DNA from: an uncultured Halobacteriales archaeon
GTDB taxonomy: Archaea; Halobacteriota; Halobacteria; Halobacteriales; Hikarchaeaceae
Reading direction: 5' to 3'
Length of the DNA: 64,000 nt
NCBI GenBank assembly: GCA_964510865.1
Contig: CAZEDI010000004.1
Span: 249-64,248 of the forward strand
The first letter of the stretch is position 1; each line of letters opens with the position of its first letter. Shown in pieces: positions 9,052 to 18,305 of the stretch. The notes below the pieces were generated by a model, which saw nothing but the letters and a program-made list of their open reading frames with translations, did not search any database and was not told the origin of the DNA. The position numbers and the translations under genes were made by a program.

Positions 9052-11163
9052 ATGAACGTCATGAACGACCATGATATTACGAGGCGCGAAGCATTGGCAA
9101 AAATCAGTGCTGGGGGCGTTGGCGTAGTTACGCTCAGCACAGGTGTTGTGAGCGCCCGGGATCATGATCGCTACATCGTCGGTACGACCGGCAGGCGGGG
9201 GACACGTGCAGCACGGCGCGGTGCAGATTCCATCTACCGACAGCTCGACTTCGGGTCTCGTGGACAGGCCGTCGTCGGACGGTTTAGTACCAAAGTGCTC
9301 GAACGGTTGCGGAACAGGCGTGACGTCAGATACATCGAAGTCGACGGTACGATGCACGCTATCGAGCAGACGCTTCCATGGGGGATCGACAAGGTAGAGG
9401 CGGAGAAAGCGCACGCGAACGGCGAAACAGGTGGCGACGATGAGGGATCAGACATCGCCATTATCGATACCGGAATCGACAGTGATCATCCGGATCTGCA
9501 GGCCAACATCGGTGAGGGAGAAGCGTTTGTTGGGTGTAGAGGCGGTCCACAGACCTGTCGATTCGCGTGGGACGACGATCACAACCACGGGACGCACTGT
9601 GCAGGCATCGCGGATTCGAGTGACAATGACATCGGTGTCGTCGGAGTGAGCACGGAAGCGACGCTGCACGCGATAAAAGTTCTCGACAATAGCGGAAGTG
9701 GATCTTTCAGCGACGTCGCCGCAGGAATCACGTATGTCGCCGACCAGGGCTGGGATGTCGGGTCAATGAGCCTCGGCGGCGGTAAATCGGCGGCTGTCGA
9801 AGACGCGGTCGAGTATGCATATGATAAGGGTGTCCTCCTCGTCGCGGCAGCGGGCAACAATGGTCCATGTTCGGACTGCGTATCCTATCCAGCAGCTGAG
9901 CCCGAAGTCATTGCTGTGAGCGCGACCAGCGAGGACGATTCGCTGGCGAGTTTCTCCTCGACGGGCCCGGACGTCGAACTTGCTGCTCCCGGTGAAGACA
10001 TCTACTCGACAGTGATCGGGGGGTACTCTACCTTCTCGGGGACGTCCATGGCCTGTCCTCACGTCAGCGGCGCTGGCGGCCAGCTGATGGACAACGGATA
10101 CACGAACACCGAAGCCCGCGATCGCCTCAATTCGACCGCGACAGACATCGGTCTCGGAGACAATGAACAAGGGAACGGATTGCTCGACGTCGAGGCTGCA
10201 CTCGGATCGGCTGAATTACGTGTGGACAGTCTCTCGGTCGAGGAGGTCGAAACAAGTACGAGTAACGCAGAGTTCGACGTGACCTGGAGTGTGTCCGACC
10301 CGGAAGGCGAACTCGCGAGTGTCGATCTCGTCCTGCAAGACACGACGGATGGTGAAGAGGAAGATACTGAAACGATTGACGTGAGTGGCGATACGGCGAA
10401 TGATACTACGTCACTCGTTGCCAGCGGTGACGAAGGAAGTGGTAACAGTTACGAGGTCACTGCCACGGTCACAGACGGAGATGGTAATACTGCCTCGAAG
10501 ACAGTAAGCACAGCCGAGACTGAGTCTGTCCCCACGGTCGACAGCCTCTCCTTGTCCGAAGTCGAGGCAGACGACACTGACGAGGATGCAATATTTGACG
10601 CAGACTGGGCCGTGAGCGACGACGATGGTGATCTCGACACAGTGGACCTTGTGATGTGGGAGCTCGATACCAACGGAACCCGTGTTGAAGAAGAAACATC
10701 CGTCACGGAATCCATAGCTGGAGACTCCGCACGCGGGACGACCAGGCTCGTTGCCGTGGGCGATGACGGGGAGGGCAAAACCTACGAAGTAGACGCAGTC
10801 ATCACCGACACAGACGGAGATACGGGAACCGATACGGCGACCATTACCGAAACTGAGAGCACGTCGTCCGCACCGGTCATCGATCAATTCGACCTGACCG
10901 ATACCAGCAATCCGCACTGGGCACGTGTCGAGGTCGACTGGGGTGTATCGGACGTGGACAATGACCTCTCGGCAGTGATGTCCGAGGCCATCTTCGCCAA
11001 CGGAGGGACAGACACCAAAACCTCTACGATCAGCGGTGATTCGGTAACTGGGGAGCACGAACACCGTGAAGTCTCCGGACATGGCGATGTCGATGTGACC
11101 CTCACGGTCACCGATAACGAAGGCAACAGCACGACCGATACGAAGACGATTACCCTCGACTAG
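9052..11163 (+). CDS. Tat-secreted subtilisin-family (S8) serine protease, halolysin-like, with three C-terminal tandem modules
   Basis: Tat motif TRREALAKISAGGVGVVTLSTGVVSA. Catalytic D (IAIIDTGID), H (HGTHCAGI), S (SGTSMACPHVSG). Start at MNVMNDHD (ATG 9052) rather than the track start at 9019. Confidence 0.9.
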   Translation: MNVMNDHDITRREALAKISAGGVGVVTLSTGVVSARDHDRYIVGTTGRRGTRAARRGADSIYRQLDFGSRGQAVVGRFSTKVLERLRNRRDVRYIEVDGTMHAIEQTLPWGIDKVEAEKAHANGETGGDDEGSDIAIIDTGIDSDHPDLQANIGEGEAFVGCRGGPQTCRFAWDDDHNHGTHCAGIADSSDNDIGVVGVSTEATLHAIKVLDNSGSGSFSDVAAGITYVADQGWDVGSMSLGGGKSAAVEDAVEYAYDKGVLLVAAAGNNGPCSDCVSYPAAEPEVIAVSATSEDDSLASFSSTGPDVELAAPGEDIYSTVIGGYSTFSGTSMACPHVSGAGGQLMDNGYTNTEARDRLNSTATDIGLGDNEQGNGLLDVEAALGSAELRVDSLSVEEVETSTSNAEFDVTWSVSDPEGELASVDLVLQDTTDGEEEDTETIDVSGDTANDTTSLVASGDEGSGNSYEVTATVTDGDGNTASKTVSTAETESVPTVDSLSLSEVEADDTDEDAIFDADWAVSDDDGDLDTVDLVMWELDTNGTRVEEETSVTESIAGDSARGTTRLVAVGDDGEGKTYEVDAVITDTDGDTGTDTATITETESTSSAPVIDQFDLTDTSNPHWARVEVDWGVSDVDNDLSAVMSEAIFANGGTDTKTSTISGDSVTGEHEHREVSGHGDVDVTLTVTDNEGNSTTDTKTITLD
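10216..11160 (+). repeat. three tandem protein-level modules of about 100 aa (10216-10527, 10528-10869, 10870-11160) forming the protease C-terminal extension
   Basis: Each module has the pattern VDSLS/IDQFD ... (F/A)xVxW(S/A/G)VSDxxG(E/D)L..VDLV ... ending T(V/I)TD(G/T/N)(D/E)GN. Aligned by eye. Confidence 0.7.
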
Positions 11164-11492
11164 GACCGGCAGTACCCAGTGGCTGTAGCTATCGTCGCGA
11201 CTTCCCGTGCTACCAGAAGTGAACGGACCTACGACAGCTCGACGCTAGTGATATCGAATCGCATGCCTGAAGGTAACAGGTCAAGCACAAGGAGGAAGCA
11301 GCGTGAAGCCAGAGAAGAACCCATTCCGATCGTTGATTTGAAGCAATTCATCACAACGAACCCGGCGTCCGTGAGCACGCTGAATCCGAAGGCAGCTGCG
11401 TCATGTATATCTGAAAGACAGAGTCTGTCAATGTATGTTATACACGAGCGATCGCTCGAAACACGACAGCGGGGCAACTTGTCCGGTCGTCG

Positions 11493-12080
11493 TTACCGGT
11501 CGTCGAAGAACGCGAGCCAGTGAATTCGACTGTCATCCGTTAGTTCCGGATGGAAGGCAGTCCCGACAATGGGTCCCTGACGAACGGCCACAGGGCGGCC
11601 ATCGTACGAAGCCAGCACCTCGACGTCGTCCCCGACCTCGTCGATGACAGGTGCGCGGATGAATACCGCGTGAAAGGGGTGGTCAAGTCCGACGATAGCT
11701 AGGTCGGTCTCGAAACTGTCTGCTTGTCGGCCGAATGCGTTTCGGTCGACAGTAATATCCAAGATGTCGATTGTCGAGACTCGCTCATCTTTTGCATCAC
11801 GTGAGGCGACGATCAGCCCTGCACACGTCGCGAGCAGCGGCTTTCCCTTAGTGACGTGCTCGCGGATCTCCCCAGCGATCCCCTCACGCTCGAGGAGCCG
11901 GGAGATGGTCGTTGATTCACCTCCTGGCATCGAGAGGATGTCGCACGCCGGGACGAGTCCTGCGTCTCGGATCTGGATGACCTCGACCGAGACGCCGTGG
12001 CCGTCAGCCGCGCGCTCGATGGCAGCTGCGTGCTCGGAGACATCGCCTTGAACACCGACAACGCCGGCTCGTAGGGTCAT
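11493..12080 (-). CDS. pdxT: pyridoxal 5'-phosphate synthase glutaminase subunit
   Basis: AGVVGVQGDVSEH...PGGESTT...ATCAGLI...FIRAP...TAFHPELT is the canonical PdxT motif set. Confidence 0.9.
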   Translation of the reverse strand: MTLRAGVVGVQGDVSEHAAAIERAADGHGVSVEVIQIRDAGLVPACDILSMPGGESTTISRLLEREGIAGEIREHVTKGKPLLATCAGLIVASRDAKDERVSTIDILDITVDRNAFGRQADSFETDLAIVGLDHPFHAVFIRAPVIDEVGDDVEVLASYDGRPVAVRQGPIVGTAFHPELTDDSRIHWLAFFDDR

Positions 12081-12113
12081 TGATACACCAAGAGGAAGGG
12101 ACGGAACCGGGTG

Positions 12114-12275
12114 TTACCCCATTGCATTCAGCAGCTGAACCATGACGCCGAAGAGGACACAGAAGGCCATCACGGTCTTCGGGTCGATCTGGATCGCGTT
12201 TCGATCCTCGGCGTCGAAGTACCGGACTAACCCGGCACTCGACATAAGCCCTGAACCGCCGCCTGAACCACTCAT
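12114..12275 (-). CDS. secG: preprotein translocase subunit Sec61beta (SecG), 53 aa
   Basis: Below the track length cut-off. Hand translation: [53 protein letters not shown]. It has the conserved archaeal Sec61beta GLxRYFD motif plus a C-terminal TM. Confidence 0.8.
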   Translation of the reverse strand: MSGSGGGSGLMSSAGLVRYFDAEDRNAIQIDPKTVMAFCVLFGVMVQLLNAMG

Positions 12276-12433
12276 ATATGTATGTGGCAGAGGGAGTGGC
12301 CTAAACCTTTCGTCGCGGGACCGGGGATAGCCACGATCTGTCTGGTTCAGACGGAGTCATGGGTAGCGGCAAGACGCGGCACGTAGGAAATCCTTATTCT
12401 ACGGGGTCATCTACCACCGCCAGTGACCCAGCA

Positions 12434-12703
12434 ATGACGGTGACGCTCAAGGACTTCCATGCAGACTGGTGTGGGCCGTGCAAGACCCAGGATCCGATCC
12501 TGGAGGAAATGAAGGAAGACTGGGGAGACCGCGTCACATTCGAGAAGATCGATGTCGATGAGAACCAGGACGTCGCAAACGACTATCAGGTGCGCTCCAT
12601 CCCCACGATCGTCGTGGAGAACGACGATGGCGTGGTCGAGCGATTCGTCGGCGTTACGCAACGTGACGATCTCGAGAACGCGCTCGAGCAGGCCGGCGCC
12701 TGA
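12434..12703 (+). CDS. trxA: thioredoxin
   Basis: WCGPC active site. Start taken at MTVTLKD (ATG 12434). The track ORF starts upstream at 12359. Confidence 0.9.
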   Translation: MTVTLKDFHADWCGPCKTQDPILEEMKEDWGDRVTFEKIDVDENQDVANDYQVRSIPTIVVENDDGVVERFVGVTQRDDLENALEQAGA

Positions 12704-12714
12704 CTCACACTCCC

Positions 12715-13377
12715 TTACCGGAAGACGACACCGATGTCGTCCATGTCCGAGTTCTCCGCGATGTTGAGGAGGAGTGGAACCATCATCTCGAGCTCTTGGG
12801 CATTCGCGAGACTCCCTGCATCGAGGCCCCGGAGTCCCTCTATCTCGTTGATGAGCCGTTGTATGGTATCCTTCGCATCGGGATCATCTCCGACGATAGG
12901 CGTATCAAGGCCGATGTCACGGTCGAGATCGGCCAGGCGGGCAGCGGGAAGGTTGTGAAACGTTCCGACTAGCGGGACTCCGTCAGGAATTGTGCGAGCC
13001 GCGAGCTCGGTAACACTACCCGTCGGTGGGGGATTGTAGTGAAACCCATCCTCGTCGCGCTCGATCCCGACAGCGGGAGAAACGAGGATGGCGTCGCCGA
13101 TCTTGTCGGCGATCGCCTCGACGCTGTCGGCAACATAGTACGGTGGTACGGCAAGGACGATCACGTCGCCACGGTCAGCTGCCATCTCGTTCGCGAAGCC
13201 CGAAAGGTCAGATTCGATCCCTCGATCCTCGAGCGTCCGTTCATATCCGTCCGCGGATTCGCGGGCTCGATCAGGATCGCGAGAGCCCACGATGATCTCG
13301 TGATCGGTGTCACGGGCCCACCGGAGGGCAAGGCCCTCTCCGATGTCGCCCGTGCCACCGAGTATTGCGATGCGCAT
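12715..13377 (-). CDS. npdG: NADPH-dependent F420 reductase
   Basis: MRIAILGGTGDIGEGLALRWA Rossmann N-terminus. Length and conserved central region are typical of NpdG. Confidence 0.85.
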   Translation of the reverse strand: MRIAILGGTGDIGEGLALRWARDTDHEIIVGSRDPDRARESADGYERTLEDRGIESDLSGFANEMAADRGDVIVLAVPPYYVADSVEAIADKIGDAILVSPAVGIERDEDGFHYNPPPTGSVTELAARTIPDGVPLVGTFHNLPAARLADLDRDIGLDTPIVGDDPDAKDTIQRLINEIEGLRGLDAGSLANAQELEMMVPLLLNIAENSDMDDIGVVFR

Positions 13378-13447
13378 GCCCCGAGTCTGCGGCGGTCAGG
13401 ATAAGGCTCCTACGGTCCAGCATTCCACGTGGGTACTGCAGAACCGT

Positions 13448-14311
13448 TCAGCTCGGGGAATCGAGGAATTCAGGTAAATCGTTTACCGACTCGAGCACTG
13501 TGTCCGCCCCGACGTCCGCATATCGACGACGCCCGGTCGCGCCACTGAGCCCACCTGTCAGGACACCGATCCCGATAAACGTTCGATCATCTCGCTTGGC
13601 TGCAGTTACCGCGGTACGCACGTCGTCCAGGGTATCGCCCACGAACGCGACCGTGTCCGCCGTCAACCGATCGGCTAGAACGAACAATCCCTCCGGATCC
13701 GGTTTTCCCGGGAGTGCATCATCCATCGTGAGGACGTGCTCAGAAGGGAGGTCGAGACCGACCCGATCCAGTGCGATATCTGCCTCGGCTGCCGGCCGAC
13801 CCGTGAAGACCCCCACATCGACAGACGAGTGCATTGTCTCCAGTGTTCCTGGGGTGACAAGCACCGGTTCGTCGTGAATATATCCTGAAGCCTCGAACGG
13901 GGGTTCGCCCCCTTCGATTTCGCGGTAGTAGTCCGACCCGAGATAGAGTGCCTGGAACGTCTCTCGCACGGTCGTCGGCTCCCATCCCGACTCCGCTATC
14001 CCGGCATACCCAGCCTCGCGAAGAATGTCACGAGCTGCGTCGAGTCCCCCGCCCCGCTCGTGTATGGCTTCGGCAAACGCATCGACAGGGATAGTGAACC
14101 CAGCGTCTCGAGCCCGGACATAGAGCACACCGACGTCCGTCAGTTCCCAATCGTTGTTGAACCCGCCGGCGTCCTTGAACGCCTGAATGTCATCCCGGGA
14201 GATAGTCTTCCCGCAGCATCGCGTTACCGTCTCGATGATGGCCCGGCGATAGGAGTCCGCCACGTCGACGAGGACCCCGTCGACGTCCAGCACGACCGCA
14301 TCGACTCGCAT
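13448..14311 (-). CDS. HAD-superfamily hydrolase (TIGR01548-like)
   Basis: Motif I VVLDVDGVL, motif III/IV GKPDPEGL ... FVGDTLDD. Confidence 0.8.
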   Translation of the reverse strand: MRVDAVVLDVDGVLVDVADSYRRAIIETVTRCCGKTISRDDIQAFKDAGGFNNDWELTDVGVLYVRARDAGFTIPVDAFAEAIHERGGGLDAARDILREAGYAGIAESGWEPTTVRETFQALYLGSDYYREIEGGEPPFEASGYIHDEPVLVTPGTLETMHSSVDVGVFTGRPAAEADIALDRVGLDLPSEHVLTMDDALPGKPDPEGLFVLADRLTADTVAFVGDTLDDVRTAVTAAKRDDRTFIGIGVLTGGLSGATGRRRYADVGADTVLESVNDLPEFLDSPS

Positions 14312-14398
14312 GGATCAATGGGACGCCGTCCCGACGTATGACGGTTACGAGACTGTCTGGCGGGACGTTTATGACCCCACCCCCGCTAGGGGGGTCAC

Positions 14399-14920
14399 AT
14401 GCTCGTCGACGTGGTGCCGATCGGCGAGGTCACGGGTCAGGTGAAGCGAGAGGTCTCCTCTTCGCTGCGCTCTGTCTATGCCGCCGACGTGACTCTCCAC
14501 GACCCACAGCCCATTCCCGAAGATGCCCACGACGATTCTCGGGGACAGTACCGCGCAGAGGACTTTATTGAACTCGCTGAACGGGTCGGTGATGGCGAAA
14601 AGAACCTCGCAGTCACCCCGGAGGATCTCTATTACCGCCGCCGGAACTACGTCTTTGGCCTCGCCTACCTGGACGGGAGAGCGAGTGTCGTCTCGACCTA
14701 CCGGTTACAAACATCGTCCGACGGGGGGTTCTCCAACAAATCGGCAAACGAAATATTCGTCGATCGGGTGCGAAAAGAAGTTGTCCACGAGCTGGGGCAC
14801 ACGGTCGGGCTCGAACACTGTGACAACAACCGCTGTGTGATGAACTTCTCTCCGACGGTTCGTGAGGTCGACGTCAAGGAGGAGACACTCTGTGGCTCCT
14901 GTCAGCGAACCCTTGATTAA
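14399..14920 (+). CDS. amzA: archaemetzincin
   Basis: HELGHTVGLEHCDNNRCVM plus a C-terminal CGSC zinc site. Confidence 0.9.
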   Translation: MLVDVVPIGEVTGQVKREVSSSLRSVYAADVTLHDPQPIPEDAHDDSRGQYRAEDFIELAERVGDGEKNLAVTPEDLYYRRRNYVFGLAYLDGRASVVSTYRLQTSSDGGFSNKSANEIFVDRVRKEVVHELGHTVGLEHCDNNRCVMNFSPTVREVDVKEETLCGSCQRTLD

Positions 14921-14974
14921 TCACCACGGTGCCAGAATCGCGTTTTTCACCGATTACTCAAACCGGTGGAGCGC

Positions 14975-15163
14975 ATGTCATCTTCTATGGATAGCTTTCA
15001 ATGTACTCGGTGTGAACGTCTGTTCTCGCTCGAGGAGAATCATACCGAGATCGTTCGCCGAGATTTCGTTCGCGTCCCTCAACCCTCCCGGATCGAGTAC
15101 CTCTGTTCGGACTGTCTGCGGGACTACGAAAACTTCTTAATCGAGCCTGTCATCGAACGGTGA
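14975..15163 (+). CDS. small CxxC...CxxC zinc-finger protein
   Basis: FQCTRC ... LCSDC. 62 aa from the ATG at 14975. Confidence 0.5.
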   Translation: MSSSMDSFQCTRCERLFSLEENHTEIVRRDFVRVPQPSRIEYLCSDCLRDYENFLIEPVIER

Positions 15164-15164
15164 C

Positions 15165-15407
15165 TTAATTTCCTTCGTCGATGAGTCGGTCAGGAGTAAT
15201 CGCATCGAGTAAATCCGCGGGCGGTTCTGCATCTCCACGCGCGGATTCGAACTCGGCGAAACAGTCGGTGCATAGCGGCATCGAAAGCCTGCCGACCGGC
15301 TCGGGGACGTCATGTTCGGCTTGTAGGTACGAGACCCAGTCGCCGGGCAACGCGAGTTCGCGACCACGACCGGCGAACGAGTCACAGCGGGCGCATCGTT
15401 TGGGCAT
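15165..15407 (-). CDS. small zinc-finger protein
   Basis: MPKRCARCDSF ... PLCTDC. Convergent with the previous gene, with the stop codons 1 nt apart. Confidence 0.5.
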   Translation of the reverse strand: MPKRCARCDSFAGRGRELALPGDWVSYLQAEHDVPEPVGRLSMPLCTDCFAEFESARGDAEPPADLLDAITPDRLIDEGN

Positions 15408-15527
15408 GCGTACTCCCTCCATCCGGTGAGACGGGGACCGGAGTGAAATATCCCCGGTCGAAAACCCGATATCCTGAGAAAAGCGAGTCGCTGGTCCATG
15501 GGGGACCGACGGCCGCCCCGAGAAGGC

Positions 15528-15722
15528 TCAGAGTCGTGTGACGTTCTTTGCCCGGGGGCCCTGGTCAGCCTGTTCGATCTCGAACTCCACTTCCTCGCCC
15601 TCTTCGAGGTCTGGACCGCCGACGTCCTCCATGTGGAAGAACACGTCGTCGTCGGAGTCGTCCGTTTCGATGAATCCGTAGCCCTTCCGATCGTGGAAGA
15701 AGGCAACCGTACCTTGTGACAT
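15528..15722 (-). CDS. cspA: cold-shock protein
   Basis: GTVAFFHDRKGYGFIE (RNP1-like) ... VFFHMEDV (RNP2-like). 64 aa. Confidence 0.9.
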   Translation of the reverse strand: MSQGTVAFFHDRKGYGFIETDDSDDDVFFHMEDVGGPDLEEGEEVEFEIEQADQGPRAKNVTRL

Positions 15723-15893
15723 ATCCGTCTAACTCCGGATCGGCAGACGTGAGCACCAGTTATAATACTGCCGTTCGACCGTGCAGCGACGATGCGGGCC
15801 CGAACACTCCCTGTTCATAGACCCGAAATCGTCGTACTGAGAGCACTGAGATAGGTTTTCGATCGACGAGGAGACGCGGCGGTCGAGGGATCT

Positions 15894-16451
15894 TCACTCG
15901 TTCTGCTCAACACGCACGTCACCGCCACATTCACCACACGTATAGTGCTCTGGATTCCGCACGAGTTTCGACCGACGGTAGCGGGCAGCCCGGGTCCCGC
16001 AATCCACACACATGATCCACCATGTCGGTTCGGTGAACCGCTCGCAGTGAACGTGTGTCTCGAGCGCCTCCGCCAACTGCTGGAATGCCGGGCCGTGGCT
16101 CCCATCCCCGTCCTTGTTTAGGAGGTGCACGTGGGCGAGTTCATGCCGAATCGTCGACGCTGTTGCCGACCACCCACGCTCGTCGAACTGTTTCCAGGCA
16201 AGCACGATTGCCTCGGGGTCACCGTCGGTGTGGCGGACAGCACCTGCGCGTCGTTTCGCTCGGGCACTCACCTCCCAGTCGAGGTTGGAGACATCGACGT
16301 CGAGTCCGTGGGACACGACGACGTCCCTCGCATAGAGCTTCGAAGCGGCGAGGAACTCCTGACGTGAACAATCGGCATCGACGGCGTACGTGGTTTCAGG
16401 ATCCGGAGCGTCGTCACCAGTCGACTGCTCGAATCTATCTGTCACGGTCAC
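15894..16451 (-). CDS. SprT-like zinc metalloprotease-domain protein with a C-terminal zinc ribbon
   Basis: HELAHVHLL motif. CVDCG...CGECGG ribbon. The GTG start overlaps the ABCE1 stop (GTGA). Confidence 0.8.
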   Translation of the reverse strand: MTVTDRFEQSTGDDAPDPETTYAVDADCSRQEFLAASKLYARDVVVSHGLDVDVSNLDWEVSARAKRRAGAVRHTDGDPEAIVLAWKQFDERGWSATASTIRHELAHVHLLNKDGDGSHGPAFQQLAEALETHVHCERFTEPTWWIMCVDCGTRAARYRRSKLVRNPEHYTCGECGGDVRVEQNE

Positions 16452-18277
16452 GGTGCATAGTAATACTCGCCCTCACGCTTTTGTTCACGATCGAGCTGAC
16501 TGCCCGGTTTGTTCACGCGGGGGCGCTTCGTTCGCTCATCCCGCCGGAATGTCACGTCGAGGTTCGCGAGAAACTCGTTCATTCCCGAGCGCATGTCCTG
16601 GGGCTGGCTCGCGTGGCCGTGAACCGCAGGTTCGCCGTCGAAGACCAGCAAGCGATCCGCGAGCAGGTCCATCATATAGATGTCGTGGTCGATAACGAGG
16701 ACCGTAGCGTCCTCGTGCTCGGCATAGCGCCTGATCGACCGGGTCGCACGCACGCGCTGTTCGACGTCGAGGTGGGCGGACGGTTCATCGAGGACGTAGA
16801 GATCTGCGCTTTCCGACAGCGCTGCGGCGATGGCCACCCGCTGGCGCTCACCTCCCGAGAGGTCAGTCAGCGCTTGCTCCATGATCTGGTCGAGTTGGAG
16901 GGGCGTCGCGATCTCCGTATTCCAGTAGGACGAACCGAACTCGCTCGTGATCGAAGAGAGGAATGCGTCGACGCGCATCGGCTGATCGATCTCCACGTAC
17001 TGTGGTTTGTATGAAACGTCGAGCTCGATGTCGAGTTCACCGTCGTCGGGCTCAAGCCGTCCGGCAATCAACTGCGCAAACGTTGATTTTCCGATCCCGT
17101 TTGGACCGACGACGCCGAGGACCTCTTCCTCACGGATGTCGCCGCCATCCACCGTCAACGAGAACTCCTCCTCGCCATAGGATTTCGTGAGATCCGGATA
17201 CTCGACGAGGGTTCCTTCTGTCGCCGTCGACCGCGGGGCATGCTCTTCGAACTCGATCGCATCTTGGCGGATGCGCATATTCTCGTTGTCGAGATATCCG
17301 GCCAGATACTCGTTGATCCCGTTACGAGTTGACTTCGGGTCCGTGACGACTCCGAACGCACCCGGACGCCCGTACGTGACATGCAGTGTATCAGCGAGCA
17401 AATCCAAAATGGCTAGATCGTGTTCGACAACGAGCATAGAACGCTCTTCTTCCTCTGCCAGATCACGGATCAGGCGAGCGGCTGTCACGCGCTGGGAAAT
17501 GTCGAGATAGGGCGTGATTTCGTCAAGGAAGTAGAAGTCCGCGTCGCGAAGTAACGCGGCCGCGAGAGCGACCCGCTGGAGCTCGCCACCGGATAGCGTG
17601 CTAATGTCCTGATCGAGGACCGCGTCGATCGAGAGCCGCGCTGCCATCGAATCGAGGGCATCCCGTTCGTCGGCGTTCGCGAGAAGTCCCCGGGTCTCTC
17701 CTGAATACCGATCGGGGATGTGATCCACGTATTGGGGTTTCCGAGCGACGCTGATTTCGCCCTCCTGCAGCGCTTCTACGTAGTCCTGGAGCTCGGTGCC
17801 ACGGTATGTCTCGAAGACTGCCGACCAGTCGGGATCCTCCTGGAAGTTTCCAAGGTTAGGAGTAACGTCGCCCGACAGGATCTTCACCGCGGTGGACTTC
17901 CCGATGCCGTTCGGGCCGAGGATACCGGTGACCCCACCCTCGGTAGGGACGGGAAGTCCATAGAGCGCGAAGGCGTTTTCGCCATACCGGTGGATCGGGT
18001 CCTCCACGAGTTCCTGTGGGAGGTTGACGATCTCAATAGCATCGAAGGGGCACTTCTCGACGCAGATTCCACAGGTCTCGCCGAGGCAAATCTCCTCCGA
18101 GATGTGGATCTGGTCGGCTCGCCCTTCGTAGGGCTCGTCTTCCCCGAAGCGTTCATCACGCGTTACGATACACTCCTTACCCGTCCGGTTGGGCGGGCAG
18201 AAGTTCGCGCACTCGTAATTGCAGCGGTCGGGTTGACACCGGGCGAGGTCGACCACCGCGATGCTGTCGTCGGCCAT
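16448..18277 (-). CDS. abce1: ABCE1 / RNase L inhibitor-type ribosome-recycling ATPase
   Basis: N-terminal double 4Fe-4S motifs (CQPDRCNYECANFCP, CLGETCGICVEKCP). Two ABC cassettes (GPNGIGKST twice, LSGGELQR/LSGGERQR). Confidence 0.95.
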   Translation of the reverse strand: MADDSIAVVDLARCQPDRCNYECANFCPPNRTGKECIVTRDERFGEDEPYEGRADQIHISEEICLGETCGICVEKCPFDAIEIVNLPQELVEDPIHRYGENAFALYGLPVPTEGGVTGILGPNGIGKSTAVKILSGDVTPNLGNFQEDPDWSAVFETYRGTELQDYVEALQEGEISVARKPQYVDHIPDRYSGETRGLLANADERDALDSMAARLSIDAVLDQDISTLSGGELQRVALAAALLRDADFYFLDEITPYLDISQRVTAARLIRDLAEEEERSMLVVEHDLAILDLLADTLHVTYGRPGAFGVVTDPKSTRNGINEYLAGYLDNENMRIRQDAIEFEEHAPRSTATEGTLVEYPDLTKSYGEEEFSLTVDGGDIREEEVLGVVGPNGIGKSTFAQLIAGRLEPDDGELDIELDVSYKPQYVEIDQPMRVDAFLSSITSEFGSSYWNTEIATPLQLDQIMEQALTDLSGGERQRVAIAAALSESADLYVLDEPSAHLDVEQRVRATRSIRRYAEHEDATVLVIDHDIYMMDLLADRLLVFDGEPAVHGHASQPQDMRSGMNEFLANLDVTFRRDERTKRPRVNKPGSQLDREQKREGEYYYAP

Positions 18278-18305
18278 TGTGGGCTAGGTACTGGAAGGGG
18301 AACGA

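Noticed and set aside
11179-11523. Two overlapping ORFs (11179-11523 plus, 11229-11477 minus) in the gap after the protease gene
   Set aside because: Both are basic, Ser/Arg/Cys-rich and mutually exclusive, and neither resembles anything I recognise. I left the region as a 3' UTR/intergenic stretch.
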